A stretch of DNA of 64,000 nt. Source: Alphaproteobacteria bacterium (GTDB lineage Bacteria; Pseudomonadota; Alphaproteobacteria; MPNO01; UBA830). The DNA lies in assembly GCA_964291215.2 (NCBI GenBank), contig OZ219791.1, positions 2,016,001 to 2,080,000 of the forward strand, given 5' to 3'. The notes below the pieces were generated by a model. It had not been told where the DNA came from. It was given only the letters and a program-made list of their open reading frames with translations, and searched no databases. Of this stretch, positions 45,109-56,126 are shown in pieces. The translations under genes and the position numbers were made by a program. Numbering within the stretch: the stretch's first letter is position 1; the number at the start of each line of letters is the position of its first letter.

Positions 45109-47266
45109 GGGCGACAGATCGCCGGGCCGCCATTCTCCGCGCAGGCATCAAGCCAGCGCAGAACGTCGAGGCCGCTCCTCGCGACCGTGTCGTGTACATG
45201 ACCGCCGACAGCTGTCCATGCTGTCGGAACCGAAGCCGGGCTTCCGCCCGTTGACCGGGCCCCTGAGAGCCCTTTCCCCGAAATTGTTGTCCATGGTCGA
45301 CGAACACGCGATGGTTGAGCGCAGCGGCCTGCCTTCCGGCGCCGCTTTAGGAAGCCTCGGCGCTTCCGCAAACAGCGCGGCGACCGCAGTCTCCGGCCTT
45401 TGAATGGTACACTGTAAACTCGATGTTGGCGTAGTCGCCCCGGTAGTTTTCAGTGAACAAGATCAGGTATCCTTCCCGGAGTTTGTGGGTGCCCGGCTGG
45501 TGCTTCGACGGGATGAATCCGGCGAGGCGCGCGGTGTTGACGGCGAACTCCGCGATCGCCTGATCCGGGTCGGGTGGACCGCGTTGCCTGCGGTGGTTCG
45601 GTATGTGGACGGCGAGGACATGGATCTCGTGGACGATCGTGCGTGCCGGCATGGCGCTCCGCGCGAGGATGACGGTGCATGCGGCAATGGCAGGCGAGGC
45701 ACTTCCTCAGGTCGTCGGCGGCGTTGAGCCCCTTGATCCGCGTTCCGGTCTTGACGGCCGCGAACCACTCTCAGCCAGCGTTTCCAGGCGCGGATCGCGT
45801 TCTCCTGCGTGGGCTCACCTTCGGTGGTCAAGAGCAACCAGCCGGTCCTGTCGGCGGCGTCTTCTCCAGGACGCGCACTGCGAGCATGGTGAGTGGGGCC
45901 GTGCCCAGGGCGGGACAAAGGGACCCGCAGCTTGTTGCGCCCCTTGCGCGTCCGGGGGCCGCCACAGGTCGATCGTCTTCTCCGCGACGATGTCCAATTC
46001 GGCCGCGAACAGGTCCCTGGCCTTGCCGTCCGCCGTGATGGCCCGCCCGAACGGCTGGCGCGGACCAGAAGCCGCCGGGCGCGGGGGCGCAGGCCTCCGA
46101 CAGGAGAGACCACATGTCGCCCTCACGGTCGCAGACGGGCGGGTTCGCGGACAGGCCGTCTCGGCAGACTTGGCGAAGGCGTCCGTCCGCTTTCCTCGCC
46201 CGCCGTCGCCTTGTCCTCCGCGCGGAATCAAGGCTGAATACCCCCGGTGCGCAGCCGCTGAACGCAACGCCGACATGAGCCCCTTGCTTCCGGAACCGCC
46301 AATGTCGACAAGGCCCTGCGTCGCCTCGCTGTAGTTCAGCATCCCTGAACCGCAACAGACTGGCTGCGGCAACGCATCGCCTCCTGATGCGGCTCAAGGA
46401 TGTCTTGCATGCCGATCCTCGGGTTCGACAGGAACCTGCAAGCTGCTCCGCCTCGCCGGGAAAGATCACCGGTGCACCCGGACGACCGCACCAGGCCTCG
46501 CCCATCGTGACAAGGCGCTGTGCGCGCTCCGTCCGTACTCCGCCATCCTCCCTTGACGCGGGCCTGAACTGATCACCCGGCCCGCTCGAGAGACCAGTCC
46601 GCCGACAGCGGCTTCACGTACACCCGCAACCCCTTGTCCGGCAGCACGCCGCCGCATGGCAGCCCGTATGCTCCGCACCCACGTAGCTGTACGCCAAGCG
46701 AACACCGTAGCGCTCCTCCCAGTCACGCGACCATGGAACAGCGCCACGGACGCAAGCCCGCGGACGCCGGGAAGAAACCTGTCATTATTGACAACCCGCT
46801 CGATGTTGGCGTCCCGCGCCGCCAGCCGATGTGGAGGTCCCGCGCTTTGTGATGCCAGGACGCAGCGCCAGGCCGCCGAGGACGCCGTGCAGGGACGAGA
46901 ATCCAGTAGCGGATGCCCGGGACAGGCCGCATCGGGATGATACGATGCCATCATCGACCGCGCCAGCGACTTGTCCTCGTCGGCAACCGGAATCACGCCA
47001 AGATCGCCGAGACGGCACGACAGGTGTCTGTCGGGATAATCCGGCGACGGGGCCAGGGACTCCGGGGTCACCGAGCCTCCGGCAGACCGAGTGCGGCGGA
47101 GAACTTCGGAAGCACGGCCGAGGCATAGTTCTCCCTTCGCGTTCTGCCAGTCCTCGCGCTCGCAGAGCTCACGTGCCAGGAAGGTCCGCGTGCAATCCCC
47201 GGCGCCAAGCCGTGCCTTCAGCCAGTCAACCGTCTCGCCACCATAATGTCGCAGGCCGATTCTCAT
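45109..47266 (-). mobile_element. Degenerate IS4-family element with DUF4338-transposase fusion (second type)
   Basis: LARELCEREDW.N.KG, MMASYH, RVVNNDRFL, LNYS, WLLLTT, ARLAGF. Confidence 0.72.
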
Positions 47267-47331
47267 GGAACCGTATATACGGCGTCAGTTGCTTCGAGTT
47301 AATAGTGATAAGTTGAAAGCCCCCCCCCCGT

Positions 47332-47512
47332 CAGGACTTCTGTTGTCGCGATCGGCGGCGGACAACCGTGTCAGAGTGGCCGTTCTTGAAGTTGGTGGCA
47401 CCGTCTCAAGGTCGGAACCGGCATATCGACAACGAAATCCGCTCCCGAATGGCCCTTCAGATCTGCCTACAACGCCCCTCGTCGGACGAAACCGGACAAA
47501 AGAAGAGCCCTG
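47332..47512. mobile_element. MITE second family, copy 2
   Basis: Inverted near-copy of 38603-38785, flanked by C-rich runs. Confidence 0.82.
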
Positions 47513-47581
47513 CCCCTCCCCCAGTAAAACGCCTCAAAGCGCAAACCTCAAACAAATTTCCAGACATCAAGTTACAGTACC
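47513..47581 (-). mobile_element. IS256 left end (solo)
   Basis: Matches 16393-16457 with few substitutions. Confidence 0.85.
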
Positions 47582-47820
47582 AACCGGAACCGGATGCTCG
47601 ACGCCGGGCGCGGCGAGGAACTCGACGACCTCGTCGCCGCAGCCCGCAGGACGATGATCGAAGCGATGAACAAAGGCCCGGCGTGAGGTGATTTCAGGGG
47701 CGGAACATGCGCACCGCCTATCGTTGCAGGCTGATTTCTCTGCTGGTCCCGAGCTGCTCACTGATGAACCACACCATCGTTATGGCGCGGCAGCGGCATC
47801 ATCGTGAGGTCGTGAGAAGC

Positions 47821-47939
47821 GAAAAGCCCCCGCTTTGAGGCGGGGGCTTGAGACACCGGTGGATGATCCTGGGACACCGAGCCCGCACGAAGGATCGATT
47901 TGCTGCGAAAAGGAAACCGACCGCTTCTCGATTTGCTAC
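47821..47939 (-). ncRNA. tracrRNA
   Basis: 19-nt perfect repeat match CCGCTTCTCGATTTGCTAC (47921-47939); minus-strand transcript continues ...TTTTCGCAGCAAATCGATCC... and ends in hairpin AAGCCCCCGC..GCGGGGGCTTTT; divergent from cas9. Confidence 0.9.
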
Positions 47940-47989
47940 GGGCACGATGTTAGCATGCGGCGCGAGTAAAGCAATGGGGAATGACCTGC

Positions 47990-50900
47990 ATGCCGCTCGT
48001 ATTCGGCCTCGACATCGGCACCACCTCGGTCGGGTTCGCCGTGATCGAACACGATGCCGCGCTCGCCACGGGAAAAATCCACCGTCTCGGCGTCCGGATC
48101 TTTCCCGAGGCGCGCGATCCGAAAGGCGTGCCGTTTAACCAGGAACGCCGTCAGGCACGCCTTCGTCGCCGTCAACTGCGCCGTCGGCGAGAGCGCCGGC
48201 GGTTGCTCGGCGATCAACTGTGCACGGCCGGATTGCTCCCATTGCGCAACTCGCCCGACTGGGGTCGGGCAATGAAGCGTGATCCCTACGAGCTACGGAG
48301 GCGCGCTTTCGAAGGGGAGGCCCTGTCTCCGCATGAAATCGGCCGCGCCATATATCATCTTGCGCAGCGCCGCCACTTCAGGGGCCGCGACATCGACGAG
48401 GTTTCCGACACTGCCGACGATGCAGCCGACGACGCGGACGAGAAGACCGCGACATCGGCGCGAGAGCAAACAGTTCAGGCATTGAAGCGCGAGGGCAAGA
48501 CGCTAGGCGCCTGGCTCGCCGCGCGTGGACCGCATGAACGCAAGCGAGGCGAGCATGCCACGCGCGATATCGTCGAGGACGAGTTCGACGCGGTGTGGAT
48601 GCCGCTCGTTCCGGAGCCATTCCGCTCCTCGGTGCGGGACGCGATCTTCGTCCAGCGGCCCGTCTTCTGGCGGCTGAACACGCTTGGCAAGTGCCGGTTC
48701 GTCCCCGACGCGCGTCTTTGTCCGAAGGGATCCTGGCTCTCGCAGCAGCGGCGCATGCTCGAGAAGCTGAACAACCTTGCGCTTGTCGGCGGCAATCAGC
48801 GTCCTCTCGACCCCGAAGAGCGCCAGGCGATCCTCTCCAGACTGCAAACGCAGGCCTCGATGACGTGGAGAGGCGTTCGGAGGGCGCTCGCACCACTTTA
48901 TCGGGCCCGAGGCGAGCCCGGCGAAGAGAGGGCGCTCAAGTTCAACCTGCAGGAAGGCGGAGAGAAGAAACTGCTCGGCAATCCGGTCGAAGCGAAGCTG
49001 GCGGATATCTTCGGCGACGACTGGCCAGAGCATCCACGCAAGCAGGAAGTCCGGGATTCACTTCCCCAACGGATTTGGCAGGCCGACTACGAACAAGTGG
49101 GCGAGGAGCGCGTGGTAATTCTTCCCAGGGCCGAGCGTGCGGCTCGCAGGGCGGAGCTCGTGCAGAATTTCGTCTCGGAATTCGGCCTGTCGGACGATCA
49201 GGCGACCAAGATCGAGACATTGAAGCTCCCGTCAGGCTGGGAGCCCTACTCCGTTGAGGCGCTGCAGGCAATGTTGCCGCATCTCGAAGACGGGGTCAGG
49301 TTCGGAGAACTGGTCATCGGTCCGGATTGGGAGGGCTGGCGCGCTGAGACATTTCCCGGTCGGGATCAGCCAACCGGAGAAGTGTTCGACCGCCTTCCGA
49401 GTCCGGCCGAACGCGAAGAAAGGCAACACGTCGCCAGCCTGCGCAATCCGACGGTCGCACGGACGCGCAACGAGTTGCGCAAGGTGGTCAACAACCTGAT
49501 CGACCTGTACGGCAAGCCCGACCTGATTCACGTCGAAGTCGCGCGCGACGTTGGCAACTCCAAGCGCCAGCGCGATGAAAAGGCGTCCGGCATTCGCCGC
49601 CAGGAACGGCGCCGGAAGGCGGCCCGCGAAGCGCTCCAGCAAAACGGGATTGCGGAACCAGCGCGCGCGGATGTCGAAAAGTGGATGCTCTGGGAGGAGT
49701 GCGGCCACCGCTGTCCGTACACCGGGGACACGATTTCATTCGACGCCCTGTTCCGCACCGGGGACTTCGAGGTGGAGCACATCTGGCCGAGATCCCGCTC
49801 GCTCGACAACAGCTTCAGGAACAAGACCCTCTGCCGCAAGGACGTGAACCTCCGAAAGGGCAACCAGACCCCTTACGAGCTCTTCCGAAGCAACGAGGAA
49901 GAGTGGGATGCGCTTGCGAACCGGCTGGCCGGCATGAAGGCCGCCAAGGGCGGAACGGGCATGTCTCCCGGCAAGATCAGGCGGTTCCTGGCACCGTCCA
50001 TCCCCGAGGATTTCGCCTCCCGGCAGTTGAACGACACCGGTTATGCCGCCCGCGATGCGGTCGCCTATCTCAAGAAGCTGTGGCCGGACCAGGGACCGGA
50101 AGCGCCGGTGAAGGTCTTCGCCGTATCAGGACGGGTAACGGGCCACCTTCGCCGGTTGTGGCGCCTGAACAACATCCTGGCTGATGACGGCGAGAAGACC
50201 CGCGCCGATCACCGCCATCACGCGATCGATGCGCTGACGGTCGCCTGCTGCCACCCGGGGATGACGCAAAAGCTCTCGCGTTATTGGCAGGAAGAGGACG
50301 ATCCCCGCGCGCCGCAGCCGCACCTTCCTCCGCCCTGGAAAACGATCCGAAGCGACGCCGAGAGGGCGGTTGCGGCCATCGTCGTGTCCCATCGCGTCCG
50401 CAGGAAGGTCTCCGGACAGCTCCACAAGGAGACGATCTACCGCGATACCGGCGAGGAAATCGCCGGCGCGCGCGGAACGACCTACCGCTATTTCGTCCGC
50501 CGCAAGGCCGTCGAAGAACTGAAGAACTCGGAGTCCGAGCGCTTCAACGGGACCAGAATCATCGACATCGTCGATGACGGCGTGCGTGACATCGTCCGCG
50601 GCTGGGTCGACAAGCATGGTGGAGATCCCAGCGCGGCGTTCGTGCACGGCTATCCCAAACGGGGCAGGAAAGGCCCGGAAATCCGCAAGGTCCGTCTGCG
50701 CGTAAAGCGGCAGATCGAACTGATGACGAAAGCCTCCACGGGCTATGCCGACCTGGGCAACAATCATCACATCGCGATCTACCGGCTGGCCGATGGAACC
50801 GTCGATTACGATGTGGTCAGCCTGCTGGAGGCATCGCGGCGCAAGGCGCGGCGCGAGCCCGTCGTCAGGAGAGATCGCGGCGACGGCACGCAGTTCGTGA

Positions 50901-51121
50901 TGTCGCTGGCTCCCGGCGACACATTGCAGACCAGCGAGAACGGCGAGGCGAAGCTACGCGTTGTCACGGGAGTATGGAGCAACGGCCAGATAGTCATGTG
51001 TGACAACGTCGATGCAGCCAAGGCGACTGAGACTCGCCCCGGCGCCAAGACGATCGTCTCGAGCGGCGGCAAGAAGGTCTCTGTCGATCCGATCGGTCGA
51101 ATCCGTCTGGCGAACGACTAA
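47990..51121 (+). CDS. cas9: Type II-C Cas9 (about 1043 aa)
   Basis: RuvC-I GLDIGTTSVG, Arg-rich bridge helix, RuvC-II HVEVARD, HNH VEHIWP..N...N..K, RuvC-III HHAIDA; start may be 47981. Confidence 0.97.
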   Translation: MPLVFGLDIGTTSVGFAVIEHDAALATGKIHRLGVRIFPEARDPKGVPFNQERRQARLRRRQLRRRRERRRLLGDQLCTAGLLPLRNSPDWGRAMKRDPYELRRRAFEGEALSPHEIGRAIYHLAQRRHFRGRDIDEVSDTADDAADDADEKTATSAREQTVQALKREGKTLGAWLAARGPHERKRGEHATRDIVEDEFDAVWMPLVPEPFRSSVRDAIFVQRPVFWRLNTLGKCRFVPDARLCPKGSWLSQQRRMLEKLNNLALVGGNQRPLDPEERQAILSRLQTQASMTWRGVRRALAPLYRARGEPGEERALKFNLQEGGEKKLLGNPVEAKLADIFGDDWPEHPRKQEVRDSLPQRIWQADYEQVGEERVVILPRAERAARRAELVQNFVSEFGLSDDQATKIETLKLPSGWEPYSVEALQAMLPHLEDGVRFGELVIGPDWEGWRAETFPGRDQPTGEVFDRLPSPAEREERQHVASLRNPTVARTRNELRKVVNNLIDLYGKPDLIHVEVARDVGNSKRQRDEKASGIRRQERRRKAAREALQQNGIAEPARADVEKWMLWEECGHRCPYTGDTISFDALFRTGDFEVEHIWPRSRSLDNSFRNKTLCRKDVNLRKGNQTPYELFRSNEEEWDALANRLAGMKAAKGGTGMSPGKIRRFLAPSIPEDFASRQLNDTGYAARDAVAYLKKLWPDQGPEAPVKVFAVSGRVTGHLRRLWRLNNILADDGEKTRADHRHHAIDALTVACCHPGMTQKLSRYWQEEDDPRAPQPHLPPPWKTIRSDAERAVAAIVVSHRVRRKVSGQLHKETIYRDTGEEIAGARGTTYRYFVRRKAVEELKNSESERFNGTRIIDIVDDGVRDIVRGWVDKHGGDPSAAFVHGYPKRGRKGPEIRKVRLRVKRQIELMTKASTGYADLGNNHHIAIYRLADGTVDYDVVSLLEASRRKARREPVVRRDRGDGTQFVMSLAPGDTLQTSENGEAKLRVVTGVWSNGQIVMCDNVDAAKATETRPGAKTIVSSGGKKVSVDPIGRIRLAND

Positions 51122-51133
51122 ACTAGCCCGGCG

Positions 51134-52069
51134 ATGATCCGCAAGACCATCGAGTTTTCGACGCCCGGCACCCGCCTCTCGGTTGCACACCGGCAGCTCG
51201 TGGTCGAGCGGCCCGACCTGCCGAAGGCGACCCTTCCGATCGAGGATCTCGGCGTGGTCATCGTGGACGACACTCGGGCGACCTACACGCAGTCCGTCTT
51301 TCTGTCGCTTCTGGAAGCCGGTGCAACCGTGCTGGTCACCGGCCGCGATCATCTCCCCGCCGGAATGATGCTTCCGCTCGACGCGCATCACGTTCAGACG
51401 GAACGTCACCGGGCCCAGGTCGAGACCAGCGCGCCGGTCCGCAAGCGCGCCTGGCAGACGATCGTGCGGGCCAAGATCGTTCAGCAGGCCACCGTGCTCT
51501 CCCATTTCACCGGAAATCACGGCGGCCTCGTTCCAATGGCTCGCCGGGTTCGCTCGGGCGATCCCGACAATCTTGAGGCCCAGGCTGCGCAGAGATACTG
51601 GCCGCGCCTGTTCGGCAAGACCTTCCGCCGCGACCGCGAAGCCGAGGGTGTCAACGCGCTCCTGAACTACGGCTATGCCGTCGTCCGGGCGGCGGTGGCC
51701 CGTGCGGTGGTCGCGGCCGGCTTGATTCCCTCTCTCGGAGTTCACCATCGGCATCGCAATAATCCGTTCTGTCTTGCGGATGATCTGTTGGAGCCGTACC
51801 GCCCCTACGTCGACTGGCGGGTCCGTCAAATGGCCGGCGACCATGCCGAGGCCGCGCCCGATCTGTCCGAACGGAAGACCCGCGCCGAACTTCTCTCCTT
51901 GCTCAACGAAACCGTGCACGTCGGCGGGCGCCGCGAACCCTTGATGCTCGCTTTCCATGCCAGTGCAGCCTCTCTGTGCCGAACGCTCACTGGCGGCGAC
52001 CGCACTCTGGCGCTTCCGGAAGGACTCCCCGTGGAGCCCGATCTGGTCGATGCCGCTGAGATCGGTTGA
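51134..52069 (+). CDS. cas1: Type II Cas1
   Basis: SGDPDNLEAQAA..YW, NALLNYGY, H....NPFCLADDLLEPYRP. Confidence 0.97.
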   Translation: MIRKTIEFSTPGTRLSVAHRQLVVERPDLPKATLPIEDLGVVIVDDTRATYTQSVFLSLLEAGATVLVTGRDHLPAGMMLPLDAHHVQTERHRAQVETSAPVRKRAWQTIVRAKIVQQATVLSHFTGNHGGLVPMARRVRSGDPDNLEAQAAQRYWPRLFGKTFRRDREAEGVNALLNYGYAVVRAAVARAVVAAGLIPSLGVHHRHRNNPFCLADDLLEPYRPYVDWRVRQMAGDHAEAAPDLSERKTRAELLSLLNETVHVGGRREPLMLAFHASAASLCRTLTGGDRTLALPEGLPVEPDLVDAAEIG

Positions 52070-52101
52070 GCCTGCCGCGGGGGGGGGGGGGGGGGGGGGG
52101 G

Positions 52102-52437
52102 GTGAAAACAATTCCGTGGGGCTGGCGCACCATGTGGGTAATCGCGATGTTTGACCTGCCCACCGACACGCCGAAGGCGCGCAGGGCCTATACGAGATTC
52201 CGCAAGAATCTGCTCAACGACGGCTTCACGATGATTCAGTACTCGGTTTACATTCGGCACTGTGCATCGATCGAGAACGCCAAGGTTCACGCGACCAGAA
52301 TGGGTCGTCGGGTGCCCTCGGCCGGAGAGGTCCGATTCCTGACGATCACCGACAAGCAGTTCGGCCGCATGGAAACCTATGTCGGGAAAACCCGCGAGGC
52401 ACCGCCGAATCCGCCCGCCCAGCTGGAATTTTTCTGA
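52102..52437 (+). CDS. cas2: Cas2
   Basis: MWVIAMFDLP, FRKNLLNDGF.MIQYSVY, ITDKQF; start uncertain because of the upstream G24 tract. Confidence 0.95.
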   Translation: MKTIPWGWRTMWVIAMFDLPTDTPKARRAYTRFRKNLLNDGFTMIQYSVYIRHCASIENAKVHATRMGRRVPSAGEVRFLTITDKQFGRMETYVGKTREAPPNPPAQLEFF

Positions 52438-52487
52438 CCAGTGGGCGGACGAAAACGACGTTTATTCAATGCCCTACGTCGAGGGCA

Positions 52488-53571
52488 ACTGTAGCAAATC
52501 GAGAAGCGGCCGCAATCCGCAGCGAGCTCGACGTCGGACCGGCGGCCGTGCGCACTGTAGCAAATCGAGAAGCGGCCGCAATCCGCAGCATGAAGAATAG
52601 CGACAAACCCCGCAGCGTCACTGTAGCAAATCGAGAAGCGGCCGCAATCCGCAGCGTTAGCTATGTACTCGGCGCAACCATCAGTACTGTAGCAAATCGA
52701 GAAGCGGCCGCAATCCGCAGCCTGATCCTCATAGGAGATGCTCTTACCTGCACTGTAGCAAATCGAGAAGCGGCCGCAATCCGCAGCGCGCGACGCCGAC
52801 GCCGGGCTTGCCTTCGAACTGTAGCAAATCGAGAAGCGGCCGCAATCCGCAGCCAGAACCGGCTTCGCAACGTCCGGCCCTGCACTGTAGCAAATCGAGA
52901 AGCGGCCGCAATCCGCAGCGTCCGTAATGCCAAGTCCCGAGTCAACAGAACTGTAGCAAATCGAGAAGCGGCCGCAATCCGCAGCAGTAATCGAGGAAGA
53001 CGTGGGATTTTTGACACTGTAGCAAATCGAGAAGCGGCCGCAATCCGCAGCCTCTCAGGATCTACAATGAGTACTTCAAATACTGTAGCAAATCGAGAAG
53101 CGGCCGCAATCCGCAGCGGCCTCGCCCGTCAGGAGGCGGACGCCGACACTGTAGCAAATCGAGAAGCGGCCGCAATCCGCAGCTCGCGCAGAGCTCCAGT
53201 CGCCACCGGCACCACTGTAGCAAATCGAGAAGCGGCCGCAATCCGCAGCGCAAGCGTCTCAGGGTCCTTGAGCACCGCGACTGTAGCAAATCGAGAAGCG
53301 GCCGCAATCCGCAGCAATCACCCACGGCAAAGCCAATGCCTGTCAACTGTAGCAAATCGAGAAGCGGCCGCAATCCGCAGCGATGCCCCTTGATGACCTG
53401 CCCGCCCGCGCACTGTAGCAAATCGAGAAGCGGCCGCAATCCGCAGCGCCCTCCGCGAACGGAACACCACGTCGGTGACTGTAGCAAATCGAGAAGCGGC
53501 CGCAATCCGCAGCATATACCGCCCGGCATCGTCCAGCCATCCGACTGTAGCAAATCGAGAAGCGGCCGCAA
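52488..53571 (-). CRISPR. Type II-C CRISPR array: 16 full 36-bp repeats plus one truncated 28-bp repeat, 16 spacers of 30 bp
   Basis: Repeat ACTGTAGCAAATCGAGAAGCGGCCGCAATCCGCAGC at a 66-bp period; minus-strand form ends TGCTACAGT (extended -10-like) and pairs with the tracrRNA. Confidence 0.98.
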
Positions 53572-53967
53572 GCCGCGTGCAGGCCGCAGCCGAGGACATC
53601 GTCAACAAGCTCAGGGCCCGGAGGTTCCGCGCCGACGCTCTGGAGGAAGACGCACGCAAATTGCGACCGTCAACCTCGACAGCCTCGAGCACGAGAACCC
53701 GCGCCCGGTCGGCTGCCTGTGCCTCGAGGCGCGATCCCGGCTTCACGACCTCGGCATCACGGGCCGCGAGTGTGCTGATCGTCGCCAGGATGATCCGCCA
53801 GCGAGCGCTGGCTGCGCGATGACAGCGCGACCGCGGAGCTTCCGGATCCGGAGGGCAAGTCGCTGTACCGCATCGGCGACCTGCGCCACCGGGCCGCCAT
53901 CCGGAAGGAGCTGTTCAACCGCGAGCGCGCGCTGCATCCCCGACACCATCGCCTTTTACGATCTCAC

Positions 53968-55529
53968 GTAACTGCTCACCCCCTGGTTCCGGCTTGGCGT
54001 CGGGGTAGAGCAACGAACGGGTTTTCGTGGAGATTTGACATTGCAGGCCGATTCGCTTAGTGGTGGTCATCGAGAACGACGAGGATCGCCAGTGGGCTAC
54101 TTTGGATCGAAGGCAACGAGCGGGCTGCGCCAGCTACTTCCGGGGCTCCAGCCTCCGCATGATCTGTATGTGGAAACGCATCTCGGAGGCGGCGCGTTGA
54201 TGAAGCGCAAGGCCGGGTGATGGCGACGGTCAACGCGGCGCGCGAGGAGTTCGAAGCGGCCAAGACCGCGGCGCTGCGTGCGGCCGGCAAGGTGGCGGAA
54301 GAGGCCGTGATCCGCGTCTTCGTCATCCTGCTCGACATCATCATCGTCGTCCTTCTGGAGAAGACCACGCACGAGCCGGAACTCCGGTCTGCCGCCGTCA
54401 CAGACGGACAAGGACGAGAGCGTGCCGGGAGCAACGGCAAGGGCCCGAAGCCGAACCGGCAGATGGGCGACAACCTGCGCAAGATCATCGTCGAGGAAAC
54501 GGTCGCGGCCTGCGACGCCTGCGGCGCCGACATCGACGGCCCCGTCGATCGGGATCGTCGCGTCCTCTACGACATCGTGTTCGAGGTCGTCGAGCGCCGC
54601 GTCGACATCGAGATCAAGGAATGCCCGAAGTGCAAGGCCCGAACCAAGGGCCGGTTCCCCGACAACATCCCGTGCAGTACGGCATCGGCATCCAAGCCCT
54701 CGTCATCAACCTGCTGGTCGCCCAGATGCTGTCCCTGCGCCGTGCCGTCGCGCTCGTGCAGGCGGTCTCCGGCATCAAGCTCTCCGAGGCCTCGGCTATG
54801 CTTTCACGATGCGTCATGGGAGGAGGCCGCCGTGACGCACCTCCTGCAACGCCCGATGTCGATGATTTCGGATCAACAGTAAGTGGCTCCATGTCGTGGG
54901 ACCCTGACGTGCAAGTTCCCGCACCGCAAGCGCGGCCGGGAGGCAAGAGATCGGCCCGTGCTACAAGGGCGTCCTGGGCCTCGTACATGGGCCAGTGTAG
55001 CCATCAGTTGTGCGGCAGCCACCTGCTGCGCGAACTGACCTTTGTCGTCGAGGCTACCGCGCGACTGATGAAGAGCCTGCTCCGCGAGGTCTGCCACAAG
55101 GTCAACAAGAGCGCATCCAAAACCCTGAACGACGCCGGGCCGTGCACAAGCGCTACCGCACCATCCTCACGCAGGGCGCCAGGGAACTGCCCGACATCCC
55201 GACGAAAGGAAAACGTGGACGCAAGTCCGACGCGCACAACCTGCACGAACGTCTCATGAAACACGAAAACCTGCGCTTCACAGACGACCCCGACGTCAGC
55301 TTCACCAACAATGCCGGAGAACAGAAGATCAGGATGGCAAAGGTCAAGGTGTCCTGATGCTTCCGCTCCACGCAAAAGCATGGTGCCGGGGCTCAAGCTA
55401 CCTCACCTCCATGGCCGCACTCGGCTACAATCATCACGTCGCAACCCAGATCGCCCTCGACGGAAAAGCCGCAGACATCATCAACGAGCACTACGACCAA
55501 TCAGAACCCAACTAGGGGTGAGTAGATAC
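53968..55529 (+). mobile_element. Degenerate IS66-family element (copy B, intron-free)
   Basis: IRs GTAACTGCTCACCCC / GGGGTGAGTAGATAC; 8-bp TSD GATCTCAC at 53960-53967 and 55530-55537. Confidence 0.92.
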
Positions 55530-56126
55530 GATCTCACCAATGTTCACGGCCGCGCCGACGGCAAGCTGCCCCGCTTCGGGCGCTCGAAGCAGAAGCGCAA
55601 TGATTGCCCCACGCTTGCGCGGCGCAGGCTTTCGGCGCAGTTGCGAGGTCTTGCGGGGCAACGTGGCCGGGCACGGATGCGCTGTCGAGGCTGGAGGCGG
55701 GCCCGGCAGCGAAGCCGACGGCAGTCATGGACGCCGGTACCGAGGCGAACATCGCGTGGCGGGCACGGCTGGATCGCGGGCGGCGCCGTCCGAGGGTGGG
55801 CCCGAGGCTGATCATCAGCACCAACCACGAGGTGCAGGCGCCTTGCCAGTGAGGATGGCGCGGCGTGGTCAGCGAGAGCAGGAAGAGGGCCGAGGACGCC
55901 ATTCCTGACCGCAGGGCTTCGAGGCGGCGCTGGAAAAGCTTCATGACGGCCTCTCGGCCAAGGGCCGGCTCAAGCGCCACGACAAGGTGCTGGATAGCGG
56001 TCTCAGGCAGCGCTTCTCCACCGTCGTCCGGCACTACGAGATCACCGTCGAGAAGGCCGGCGCCAACGCAACTGCCGTGCGCTTCAGCCACAGACGACAA
56101 GACAACGCGGGCGCCTGCGCACCAGC

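Noticed and set aside
47582-47686. Short C-terminal coding fragment (NRNRMLDAGRGEELDDLV...) beside the tracrRNA as a Cas accessory gene
   Set aside because: Truncated by the IS256 end and too short to assign.
52548-53393. 281-aa ORF running through the CRISPR array (TVANREAAAIRS repeats)
   Set aside because: The 66-bp period keeps frame, the repeat has no stop in that frame and GC-rich spacers rarely do; it starts inside a spacer, has no RBS and is antisense to the likely crRNA.
52524-53543. Self-targeting spacers against IS or intron sequences in the window
   Set aside because: By eye only a roughly 12-nt match (spacer 16 versus about 2122) was seen, which is not significant; a proper alignment was not run.
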